Shown here one piece after another: positions 13,080-23,595 of a stretch of 64,000 nucleotides of DNA. Under the pieces are notes generated by a model, which was not told the origin of the DNA, did no database searches, and saw only the letters and a program-made list of their open reading frames with translations. This DNA comes from Octopus sinensis (lineage: Eukaryota), in NCBI RefSeq assembly GCF_006345805.1, contig NC_043021.1, positions 22,196,001-22,260,000 on the forward strand, written 5' to 3'. Position 1 is the stretch's first letter. Each line of letters starts with the position of its first letter. The position numbers and the translations under genes are program-made.

Positions 13080-15146
13080 GACAGACGTGTTTTTTTGCTC
13101 CGGCAAATGTCACGTGTTAACGTGAAATATTGAACATTTTACGGCAACAGGTAGGACATTTTGGATATTTTTGGAAGCATAGTGAGGTTTATTGCTTGCC
13201 GTTAATACTTTTTTGGCATTAATATTAATTAGTGTTAACACTTTTCTGCGAGTAATAAGCTTCACTTTGCTTCGGATGTATTTGTTCTGCCTGTTGGCGC
13301 ATTTATTGTCTCACCTTTTAGTGAGAATTGTGTATTTTAAGGAGGCATAGCCCCTCCTCAAAAATTAACTTGTTCGCTTGGATTTACCACGGAGAACCAA
13401 GTGTGCTGCAACTGGAGTACCCTGTTTCGTGAGGATTACCAGTTGCAGAACTGTGTTGCCATTATTTGAACTGTCTTCCTTCGTCCTTTTCTCTGCTCTG
13501 TTTTCTGTTCTGTCATTGTGTTTTTTTCTTATTGGACTTTGAACTTTTAGTTGAACTTTTTTTCAAAATCATGGCAGCAAAAGAAACCACTGCTTTGGAA
13601 TGGGAGGTTGTCCCACCTAAGCAGTGGATTGAAAGTCTTGAGAAGAGGACGGTGGTCCTACGAACCTGTTCTAGGTCGCGTGGAGCTATCGCCCTCTTCG
13701 ACAGGAGCACCATAGAGAGAGAGTTGGGGGACCGCCTACCAACGATAAAGTTTATTTCTCGGGGGACTAAATTTGCAACGGTGTGGTTGCTGTTTGGTAT
13801 CCCCGAGGAAGCTAGCAGATTTGCTAGCGAGCCACTGGAGGGAGAGGAAATTTTGTTCCTCTCCTCGTATTGTGGCAGAAAAGTAAAAAGAGCCTGGGTT
13901 TGTGGGCTGCCCCCGGGCACGGACGCGGAATGGATCGAGAAGACCATCCGGCGAGGCCTGGGGGATAGCGGATCCAGGCTACTGAGTGTGAAAATGGCTC
14001 CCGCGGTCGCCTGGGAGGGGTCAAAGGCAACTTTGACCCTGTGGACACCGGTGGCCGTGGGAGAAATGAAATTCCCGGACTTCCTGAGAATGGCTGGGCA
14101 CAGGTATCCGGTGATACTCGAGGGACGCCCCCCCAAGTGTCACCTGTGCCTGAAGCCCGGACATATCAAGAGGAATTGTCCCGGGGCCGTGGTGGTGCCC
14201 CGGAGCATGAAGGGGAAAAGGCGCCCGCCGCCCCCTCATTGGAGGGGGAGACGGCGGAAGTCGTGGAGGAGTTGCCTCCACGAAAAGAAAGAGACAGGCG
14301 AGCAACAATGGTTGCTCGCCAAAGAACGCTCAGGTGGCGGAGGGGGATAGCGATCCCCCGTGTCTGGTGACGGAGTCCCCTGGGTCAGCAGTCTCCCCAA
14401 AAGAAGGAGGAGAAAAAGAAAGAGAGGTCGGGCGGCTGATATCCATGAGCCGCAGACATTGGCGGGAACTGTGCCGCCAACGAAAGAACGTATTGGTCCT
14501 CTTCTAGAGGAGGAGAATTGAAAAAAAAATGATGGAAGAGTACCACAAGGGAGCACCTTTAGCCTTCACACAGGACCCCGAATGGCCTCCGCAGATAGCT
14601 GCGGAGGCCGTGGCGTTCGACGTGACGCTTGAGCTAAAGGAGCTCAATGAAGATTATAACTTGGTCCCGGGCGACGCGAACTCGGAACTTGACTACGTCT
14701 GAGGGAGGCGTGGTGATGGTGGAGGGCGCGGCACAAGCTATTTCGAGGACGATATGTAATTATTGAACTGTTATTATTAGTAATGGACTTAAGTCCAAAA
14801 ATTGAAAAATTGTAAGAGGATTAATACCTCGTTTTATATTAATAATGGACTGCTAAGCCCAAAAATTGGAAAAATTGTAAGAGGTTTAATACCTCGTTTT
14901 GCATTTTTATTAATAATGGACTGCTAAGTTCAAAAATTGGAAAAATTGTAAGAGGTTTAATACCTCGTTTTGTGTTTATCTTTAAAAAGAACAATGTTTT
15001 AGAGAAGCGAAAGTCGGCGGGCGCTTTTTGTCTTCTCCCATCCTTATCATCTGTCTTTCATTATCATTCACTTCATTAATGTCCTCGTCCAGCCCGCAAA
15101 GCTAACTTAATCTGTGTACTGCCTTTATGGCAAATGTTTTGAAATA
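13080..15146 (+). mobile_element. ORF1-only L1/Tx1-like non-LTR element (HAL1-like architecture)
   Basis: Flanked by an imperfect ~16-17 bp TSD (AAGTAGCTT-CTTACCA 13064-13079; AAGTAGCTTGCTAACTA 15147-15163). It has a ~490-bp 5' UTR, a CCHC ORF, a 3' UTR with 3 tandem ~60-bp repeats and AATAAA at 15143-15148. No EN/RT seen. Confidence 0.7.
13571..14350 (+). CDS. L1/Tx1-type ORF1-like protein (RRM-like region plus CCHC zinc knuckle); C-terminus frameshifted, probably extending to ~14702
   Basis: ATG at 13571. Contains VKRAWVCGLPPG and CHLCLKPGHIKRNC (C-X2-C-X4-H-X4-C, 14138-14179). A downstream fragment MMEEYHKG...ELDYV* lies at 14529-14702. Confidence 0.75.
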   Translation: MAAKETTALEWEVVPPKQWIESLEKRTVVLRTCSRSRGAIALFDRSTIERELGDRLPTIKFISRGTKFATVWLLFGIPEEASRFASEPLEGEEILFLSSYCGRKVKRAWVCGLPPGTDAEWIEKTIRRGLGDSGSRLLSVKMAPAVAWEGSKATLTLWTPVAVGEMKFPDFLRMAGHRYPVILEGRPPKCHLCLKPGHIKRNCPGAVVVPRSMKGKRRPPPPHWRGRRRKSWRSCLHEKKETGEQQWLLAKERSGGGGG

Positions 15147-15560
15147 AAGTAGCTTGCTAACTAACCACATGGTTCCGGGTTCAGTCCCACTGCGTGGCAC
15201 CTTGGGCAAGAGTCTTTTGCTATAGCCCCGGGCCGACCAATGCCTTGTGAGTGGATTTGGTAGACGGAAACTGAAAGAAGCCTGTCGTATATATGTATAT
15301 ATATATATGTATGTGTGTGTATGTGTGTGTATGTGTGTGTATGTGTTTGTGTGTTTGTGTTTGTCCCCCTAGCATTGCTTGACAACCGATGCTGGTGTGT
15401 TTACGTCCCCGTAACTTAGCGGTTCGGCAAAACAGACCGATAGAATAAGTACTGAGCTTACAAAGAATAAGTCCCGGGGTCGATTTGTTCAACTAAAGGC
15501 GGTGCTCCAGCATGGCCGCAGTCAAATGACTGAAACATGTTAAAGAGTAAAAGAGTAAAA
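15147..15560 (+). mobile_element. Remainder of the split family-B SINE
   Basis: Continues AACCACATGGTTCCGGGTTCAGTCCC through to the GTAAAAGAG tail. Confidence 0.85.
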
Positions 15561-15592
15561 GAGATAGATAGATAGATAGATAGATACATACA

Positions 15593-15626
<34 letters not shown>

Positions 15627-15633
15627 CACACGC

Positions 15634-15700
<67 letters not shown>

Positions 15701-16127
15701 ATAATTCCAAAGAACGGAACAAGAACGTAACGAATATGCATTTCATTGGAACTAATTTAGCATGTATATGCATAACTGTAAACATTGTCCCAAATACACT
15801 GCACATCATGTTTGAAGCTCCGACGCAGCTATAAGGCGATACTCCCAACCATGAGTGCAGAGCACCCTTACAACAGAAACAACTGTAAGCTAATGAAGTT
15901 CATTGTATAATTGTTTATTTCGTTTGTTATCACAAATATTTATTACTAGTTTGATTTTCTCGACTGACGAGTCCTTCTGAAGCATATGAATAGATATATT
16001 GAGTTCTACACCATGTATATTTCATACACTATTATATTTTAAAATATTTATGTCTTGTGACCTTTATTACGCATGGTAACCACTGGTATGAATTATTTAA
16101 CAATTTTTACCCTTGTATTTATAAAGT

Positions 16128-16192
<65 letters not shown>

Positions 16193-16195
16193 GTA

Positions 16196-16241
<46 letters not shown>

Positions 16242-16460
16242 TGCGAATATAAACAAGAAGGGTAGTAATATTATTTACTACCAGGTGCCCAGCACAAAAG
16301 ACGATTAGTCATAAGACAAAAATATTATTCATATAGAAAAATATTATTCATGTAGTTATACAATTAAGGGCTCCTAAATAAAGATGCCGAGTGCTGGGAA
16401 CACAAAAAGGGGATGAATTTATCGAGAGTGAAAATCAAAAACGTTTACCGATAACTTTAA

Positions 16461-16538
16461 CAACTCGTACCGCGGTTTCTGCTTCTTTCTAGCAAAACAC
16501 AGAATATGTTTGCTAAGGCCAGCTTCATCAGCGAGTTG
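16461..16538 (-). ncRNA. Type-I hammerhead ribozyme (array copy L1)
   Basis: CAACTCG-CTGATGA-AGCT...AGCA-GAAA-CCGCGG-TA-CGAGTTG. Confidence 0.85.
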
Positions 16539-16902
16539 CCTGAATTTAATCGAGGTCTGCAGCGATGTGGGGCTATACGTTAAACCCGACTACTAGCAGA
16601 TCTTAACTTTTCAAATCTCTGCGCAGACGCAAAATTTACGCGGGCATGCCGGGAAGAATTTTACGAATAAATTCATCATGTAGTATGCGAATATAACAAG
16701 AAGGGTAGTAATATTATTTACTACCAGGTGCCCAGCACAAAAGACGAATTAGTCATAAGACAAAAATATATTCATATAGAAAAATATTATTCATGTAGTT
16801 ATACAATTAAGGGCTCCTAAATAAAGATGCGAGTGCTGGGAACACAAAAAGGGGATGAATTTATCGAGAGTGAAAATCAAAAACGTTTACCGATAACTTT
16901 AA

Positions 16903-16980
16903 CAACTCGTACCGCGGTTTCTGCTTCTTTCTAGCAAAACACAGAATATGTTTGCTAAGGCCAGCTTCATCAGCGAGTTG
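16903..16980 (-). ncRNA. Type-I hammerhead ribozyme (array copy L2)
   Basis: Identical motif to L1. Confidence 0.85.
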
Positions 16981-17346
16981 CCTGAATTTAATCGAGGTCT
17001 GCAGCGATGTGGGGCTATACGTTAAACCCGACTACTAGCAGATCTTAACTTTTCAAATCTCTGCGCAGACGCAAAATTTACGCGGGCATGCCGGAAGAAT
17101 TTTACGAATAAATTCATCATGTAGTATGCGAATATAAACAAGAAGGGTAGTAATATTATTTACTACCAGGTGCCCAGCACAAAAGACGAATTAGTCATAA
17201 GACAAAAATATTATTCATATAGAAAAATATTATTCATGTAGTTATACAATTAAGGGCTCCTAAATAAAGATGCCGAGTGCTGGGAACACAAAAAGGGGAT
17301 GAATTTATCGAGAGTGAAAATCAAAAACGTTTACCGATAACTTTAA

Positions 17347-17424
17347 CAACTCGTACCGCGGTTTCTGCTTCTTTCTAGCAAAACACAGAATATGTTTGCT
17401 AAGGCCAGCTTCATCAGCGAGTTG
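17347..17424 (-). ncRNA. Type-I hammerhead ribozyme (array copy L3)
   Basis: Identical motif to L1. Confidence 0.85.
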
Positions 17425-17790
17425 CCTGAATTTAATCGAGGTCTGCAGCGATGTGGGGCTATACGTTAAACCCGACTACTAGCAGATCTTAACTTTTCAA
17501 ATCTCTGCGCAGACGCAAAATTTACGCGGGCATGCCGGGAAGAATTTTACGAATAAATTCATCATGTAGTATGCGAATATAAACAAGAAGGGTAGTAATA
17601 TTATTTACTACCAGGTGCCCAGCACAAAAGACGAATTAGTCATAAGACAAAAATATATTCATATAGAAAAATATTATTCATGTAGTTATACAATTAAGGG
17701 CTCCTAAATAAAGATGCCGAGTGCTGGGAACACAAAAAGGGGATGAATTTATCGAGAGTGAAAATCAAAAACGTTTACCGATAACTTTAA

Positions 17791-17868
17791 CAACTCGTAC
17801 CGCGGTTTCTGCTTCTTTCTAGCAAAACACAGAATATGTTTGCTAAGGCCAGCTTCATCAGCGAGTTG
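17791..17868 (-). ncRNA. Type-I hammerhead ribozyme (array copy L4)
   Basis: Identical motif to L1. Confidence 0.85.
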
Positions 17869-18552
17869 CCTGAATTTAATCGAGGTCTGCAGCGATGTGG
17901 GGCTATACGTTAAACCCGACTACTAGCAGATCTTAACTTTTCAAATCTCTGCGCAGACGCAAAATTTACGCGGGCATGCCGGGAAGAATTTTACGAATAA
18001 ATTCATCATGTAGTATGCGAATATAAACAAGAAGGGTAGTAATATTATTTACTACCAGGTGCCCAGCACAAAAGACGAATTAGTCATAAGACAAAAATAT
18101 TATTCATATAGAAAAATATTATTCATGTAGTTATACAATTAAGGGCTCCTTTGCTAGAAAGAAGCAGAAACCGCGGTACGAGTTGTTAAAGTTATCGGTA
18201 AACGTTTTTGATTTTCACTCTCGATAAATTCATCCCCTTTTTGTGTTCCCAGCACTCGGCATCTTTATTTAGGAGCCCTTAATTGTATAACTACATGAAT
18301 AATATTTTTCTATATGAATAATATTTTTGTCTTATGACTAATTCGTCTTTTGTGCTGGGCACCTGGTAGTAAATAATATTACTACCCTTCTTGTTTATAT
18401 TCGCATACGACATGATGAATTTATTCGTAAAATTCTTCCCGGCATGCCCGCGTAAATTTTGCGTCTGCGCAGAGATTTGAAAAGTTAAGATCTGCTAGTA
18501 GTCGGGTTTAACGTATAGCCCCACATCGCTGCAGACCTCGATTAAATTCAGG

Positions 18553-18630
18553 CAACTCGCTGATGAAGCTGGCCTTAGCAAACATATTCTGTGTTTTGCT
18601 AGAAAGAAGCAGAAACCGCGGTACGAGTTG
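18553..18630 (+). ncRNA. Type-I hammerhead ribozyme (array copy R2)
   Basis: Stem I CAACTCG 18553-59 / CGAGTTG 18624-30; CTGATGA 18560-66; stem II extension TAGCAAA 18576-82 / TTTGCTA 18595-601; GAAA 18612-15; palindrome ACCGCGGT; GTA cleavage triplet with the cut after 18623. Confidence 0.85.
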
Positions 18631-18995
18631 TTAAAGTTATCGGTAAACGTTTTTGATTTTCACTCTCGATAAATTCATCCCCTTTTGTGTTCCCAGCACT
18701 CGGCATCTTTATTTACGAGCCCTTAATTGTATAACTACATGAATAATATTTTTCTATATGAATAATATTTTTGTCTTATGACTAATTCGTCTTTTGTGCT
18801 GGGCACCTGGTAGTAAATAATATTACTACCCTTCTTGTTATATTCGCATACTACATGATGAATTTATTCGTAAAATTCTTCCCGGCATGCCCGTGTAAAT
18901 TTTGCGTCTGCGCAGAGATTTGAAAAGTTAAGATCTGCTAGTAGTCGGGTTTAACGTATAGCCCCACATCGCTGCAGACCTCGATTAAATTCAGG

Positions 18996-19073
18996 CAACT
19001 CGCTGATGAAGCTGGCCTTAGCAAACATATTCTGTGTTTTGCTAGAAAGAAGCAGAAACCGCGGTACGAGTTG
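18996..19073 (+). ncRNA. Type-I hammerhead ribozyme (array copy R3)
   Basis: Identical motif; predicted cut after 19066. Confidence 0.85.
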
Positions 19074-19436
19074 TTAAAGTTATCGGTAAACGTTTTTGAT
19101 TTTCACTCTCGATAAATTCATCCCCTTTTGTGTTCCCAGCACTCGGCATCTTTATTTAGGAGCCTTAATTGTATAACTACATGAATAATATTTTTCTATA
19201 TGAATAATATTTTTGTCTTATGACTAATTCGTCTTTTGTGCTGGGCACCTGGTAGTAAATAATATTACTACCTTCTTGTTTATATCGCATACTACATGAT
19301 GAATTTATTCGTAAAATTCTTCCCGGCATGCCCGCGTAAATTTTGCGTCTGCGCAGAGATTTGAAAAGTTAAGATCTGCTAGTAGTCGGGTTTAACGTAT
19401 AGCCCCACATCGCTGCAGACCTCGATTAAATTCAGG

Positions 19437-19514
19437 CAACTCGCTGATGAAGCTGGCCTTAGCAAACATATTCTGTGTTTTGCTAGAAAGAAGCAGAAAC
19501 CGCGGTACGAGTTG
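19437..19514 (+). ncRNA. Type-I hammerhead ribozyme (array copy R4)
   Basis: Identical motif; predicted cut after 19507. Confidence 0.85.
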
Positions 19515-19642
19515 TTAAAGTTATCGGTAAACGTTTTTGATTTTCACTCTCGATAAATTCATCCCTTTTTGTGTTCCCAGCACTCGGCATCTTTATTTAG
19601 GAGCCCTTAATTGTATAACTATATATAAATATGTATATATAT

Positions 19643-19673
<31 letters not shown>

Positions 19674-19684
19674 GTGTGTGTGTA

Positions 19685-19722
<38 letters not shown>

Positions 19723-19724
<2 letters not shown>

Positions 19725-20301
19725 CGAGAAAGAAGCAACAAGAATGGATAGGTTTTTAGTACAATCGTTTCATACAAGGACAGGCTTTATTAAAAGTTGC
19801 AAAGATTGCAGCATATAAACGTGTCCCGTACTCATCAGCTAAAATACATGTGAGTTCTCTAGACATACTAGTGGTTGAGGCTATACTCATGAAGTAATGT
19901 AGATAATTAAGTAACATAAACAGATTTCCAAAGTTCATTAAAGTTTTTTAAAGATGATGTACAGTCTTATCACAGAATTTAAAAAAAGTTTTAGTAGCAT
20001 CACAGAGAAGGTGACTTAATCCATAGTGTGCATATGAATTTCCAGAGATATGAGGAGGGATTACATACTCACAGATGACAAATTTATCCATTGCTAATCA
20101 CAACGAGGTGGGTCTTAATTATCTACATTACTTCATGAGTATAGCCTCAACCACTAGTATGTCTAGAGAACTCACATGTATTTTAGCTGATGAGTACGGG
20201 ACACGTTATATGCTGCAATCTTTGCAACTTTTAATAAAGCCTGTCCTTGTATGAAACGATTGTACTAAAAACCTATCCATTCTTGTTGCTTCTTTCTCGC
20301 T
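19723..20301. repeat. Fold-back with ~188-bp near-identical inverted arms
   Basis: 19723-19911 is the reverse complement of 20114-20301, with a ~200-bp spacer. The left side abuts (TA)n. Confidence 0.95.
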
Positions 20302-20416
20302 TATAATCACCCCACATTACTGTATTGTTAAAACCGTATAGTTTTTTTTTGGTGCATCTAAGTTAGGTACCATATTCAAGTAAATTCATTTAAATTAACT
20401 TGAATCTTTATTGCTT

Positions 20417-20449
<33 letters not shown>

Positions 20450-20478
20450 ATATATATATATATATTATATCACGAAGT

Positions 20479-20528
20479 TTTGTCAGTGAACAGGTCGCGG
20501 TCTCAAAGCGACGAAATATTTTGACAAA
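20479..20528 (+). ncRNA. Variant type-I HHR with G3:C8 swapped core
   Basis: TTTGTCA-GTGAACA-GGTCGC-GGTCTCAAA-GCGAC-GAAA-TAT-TT-TGACAAA. Lies within a ~180-bp repeat also found at 44850-45008 and 51410-51600. Confidence 0.65.
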
Positions 20529-21895
20529 TTAAATTTAAATGTTGAAGTGAATCTAACGGTTTTGTGTGTTTCTTAAATGGCTGCAATTGTTTTCGTTCCA
20601 GCACACGATCTCAGATCAAGTCACTTGCTATGCAAGTACATCTCCGTAATCTATATATATATATATATATATATGGAAAGGTTGAATTATATCCTATCCT
20701 TTATTTTGGAGGATTCCAAAGGGCGATTTCTAACAAAGATTCTTCATATTTTGCTGGTAGCTTACAGGCGTAAGATTTTTGTGGATAGGAAATTATTAAA
20801 TATATATGGAATATTTTGCGAATTTATGGGAAGGTATCTCATAGAACCTCAACAAGTATGTTAAAAATGGAGAAGGGATGTTAAAATTTAAAAGAATTTT
20901 CATACATGCATACGATCGTTTCAAACAGCGATATCAACATGTAAATAACATGGTAGAATAATTAGAATTAATTTGATTAAATTAAATTAATTACATATCA
21001 CTTTTCTCCTCAGTGCAAGAAGTATACAACAGGAATTATTACAATTACAGAAGGCTTGATGAAGGAAATAAGAGATAACAAATTCGGATATACGTATTTT
21101 ATACTTATGAAAAATTGAGAGCATACTGAAGAATGTTGCAGAGTCTAGTTGTGTATAACTAAAACTCAACTATACACAACTGGACTCAACAACATTCTTG
21201 TTCGAGATATATGGACTTGTTGTGCATTAGGATTCAGCGGGAAAAGATGTTTTCCTGGGGCTGTAAAGGTAGTAATATCATCCTAATCGGAACTGCCAAT
21301 TTACGTTGGCAAATAGATTTTACTCTGTGGTAATGTTGCTCCTTACTTCTCGCTTATAGATTTAAAACTAATTGTTTTCCTCTTTACGAGATCAGTAACT
21401 ATGTGTCACTTTAAAAGTAGATACCACGGACAAGGCCTAGTGCTGCAATATCTAGCCGATGAAGCGAAATAACCCAGAAGTCATGGTCCGCACATACCGT
21501 TAAATCTGAGTTTGAGGTATAAGGACGCAGTTGTGCGTCGGTTGCCAGTTGAAAAAAGAAGTTCTCCTGGGGCTACACGGATTTTCAAAAAGTTCAAATA
21601 GAAAGACGTGGCTTATGTCGCAGCTGTTTTGCTTCTGAATAATGTTTGAAGTTTGCCCTGTTTGGAGTTCATGGCTCAAATTATTATGTTTTGAATAGGA
21701 TTTAATTGGCAGGGGAGAGTCACATGACTGGTCTTAGAAATTTTTGTAGGTTCTCCGCTACGTCCGTGTGTTAGTATCAAGTGACAATGTTTGGCGTCGT
21801 AAGTTAAAGCTGACACGGCTGACTGAACAAGTCCAAACAATCAATGCTTTGAATGTTTCCTGTGTGTCGAGAATGAACACGCGATTACGTTTATA

Positions 21896-21945
<50 letters not shown>

Positions 21946-21951
21946 CAATCA

Positions 21952-22332
21952 GGTGTAGGAGTGGCTGTGTGGTAAGTAGCTTGCTTACGAACCACATGGT
22001 TCCGGGTTCAGTCCCACTGCGTGGCACCTTGGCCAAGTGTCTTCTACTATAACCTCGGGCCGACCAAAGCCTTGTGAGTGGATTTGGTAGACGGAAACTG
22101 AAAGAAGCCTGTCGTATATATGTATATTGATATATGTGTGTATGTGTGTGTATATGTTTGTGCGTCTGTGTTTATCAACATCGCTTGACAACCGATGCTG
22201 GTGTGTTTATGTCCCAGTAACTTAGCGGTTCGGCAAAAGAGACTGATAGAATAAGTACTAGGCTTACAAAGAATAAGTCCGGGGGTCGATTTGCTCGACT
22301 AAAGGCAAATGACTGAAACAAATAAAAAAAAA
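21952..22332 (+). mobile_element. tRNA-derived SINE, family B
   Basis: Full head-to-tail match to the 10545 copy. Confidence 0.85.
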
Positions 22333-22339
22333 ATCTAAA

Positions 22340-22858
22340 TTAATATATGGCTTGAACTCCCACAAATATCGACTAAAACACTGGAAACGTAACTTAGATG
22401 ACTGCCTACTCCTGTGGATGTACACATCTGGACAACTTACAGATTTCAAAAATTCTAATCAACATCATAGCCAAAATATTAACCTTACAATGGAATTCAT
22501 TAAAACTCATCAACCATTTCTGGATATTCTAACCATCAAAAGAGATAAAAACATTGAAACAGATATTCACTTCAAACAGACACATTCTAAACAATAGTTA
22601 CTGTTCTCTTCATGACATCCCAAACGCACGAAGAATAAAATCCCCTTCAATCTAGCAAGAAGAATCTGCACAATTGCCTCAAACCCTGAAATTCACAATA
22701 GAAGACTCCAGGAACTAAAAGAAGTACTACTAAAAAGACAATATCCATTAATGTTAATAGACAACGGAATAGAACATGCTAATGCAATAAATATCGAAGA
22801 ACTAAGAAAACGCAAAACACTCCAGATACACCCAATAATCTACCCTTTATTACGATAT
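22340..22858 (+). pseudogene. Penelope-like element (PLE) reverse transcriptase/thumb fragment
   Basis: WKRNLDDCLLLW ... PFLDILTIK ... IETDIHFKQTHSKQ*LLFSS*HPK ... IPFNLARRICTI ... LLKRQYP matches the PLE RT-core/thumb pattern; in-frame stops are present. Confidence 0.8.
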
Positions 22859-22859
22859 G

Positions 22860-22889
<30 letters not shown>

Positions 22890-22899
<10 letters not shown>

Positions 22900-23065
22900 T
22901 ATTCGAGACAAAACCACTATTTTGCAAAACAAACAAGGAAAGACTTAATTAATACATAAAATTTTAATAAATAGTTTTTGACTATTTATTAAAATTTATG
23001 TATTAATTAAGTCTTTCCTTGTTTGTTTTGCAAAATAGTGGTTTTGTCTCGAATAATATTTTATA
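22890..23065. repeat. Near-perfect palindrome, ~86-bp arms, 5-nt loop (TTTTG 22976-22980)
   Basis: Read directly; lies between (TA)n tracts. Confidence 0.95.
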
Positions 23066-23532
23066 ATATTTTACTATAAAATCGATTTAATCCTAATCTG
23101 ATTTTTTCCCTGTAAATTTGGATTTATTCCCTAATATATTATTTATTATATATATATATATATATATATATTAATATATATTATATATAATATATCAAAA
23201 TAAGCAACAAGGATATCCGGAGGTAATGCAGTACGAACATTTCATGCTACACTATTAATTGAACAATGCAATCATTACATCAATTTAAAAGACATAGAAT
23301 TCAATTAAATTAGAACAGATGGACACTTTAGTATAATTATACCTAAAATCTCCAAGAAGTTAAGGAGATAGACAAAGAAGATGTCTCTACTTCAGCAAAG
23401 AAATTACTAAAATTATCAAGAAGGCTTTGCCTGCCACTGATTTTATATATATATATATATATATACGCACACACACACATATATATGTATATATATATAC
23501 ACAGACACACATATATATATATATCATTACAT

Positions 23533-23595
23533 ACTATGTGGACAACCCTTATGCTAGAAGTAGATCCCTTCTAGCATAAGGGTTGTCCACATAGT
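23533..23595. repeat. Perfect 28-bp hairpin, 7-nt loop
   Basis: ACTATGTGGACAACCCTTATGCTAGAAG / CTTCTAGCATAAGGGTTGTCCACATAGT. Confidence 0.95.

Larger units (their letters stand above)
16241..18150 (-). repeat. Tandem array of a 441-445 bp HHR-containing unit (retrozyme-like), left arm, ~4.3 copies
   Basis: Unit starts at 16241, 16685, 17126, 17571 and 18015. The left end abuts (TA)n. Confidence 0.95.
18151..19620 (+). repeat. Same unit in inverted orientation, right arm, ~3.3 copies
   Basis: TTGCTAGAAAG recurs at 18151, 18596, 19039 and 19480. The right end abuts (TA)n. Confidence 0.95.

Noticed and set aside
15959-16003. HHR-like CTCGA-CTGACGA-GTCC...GAAT...TTGAG
   Set aside because: The core first half and stem I fit, but stem II does not pair and GAAA is mutated. 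Too decayed to call.
16241-19620. CRISPR-like or rDNA/tRNA-array interpretation of the 444-bp repeat
   Set aside because: Units are identical end to end with no unique spacers, and there is no tRNA cloverleaf or 5S/snRNA motif. The context is eukaryotic.
20180-20225. CTGATGAGTAC within the fold-back arms
   Set aside because: No GAAA or stem I partner at a suitable distance.
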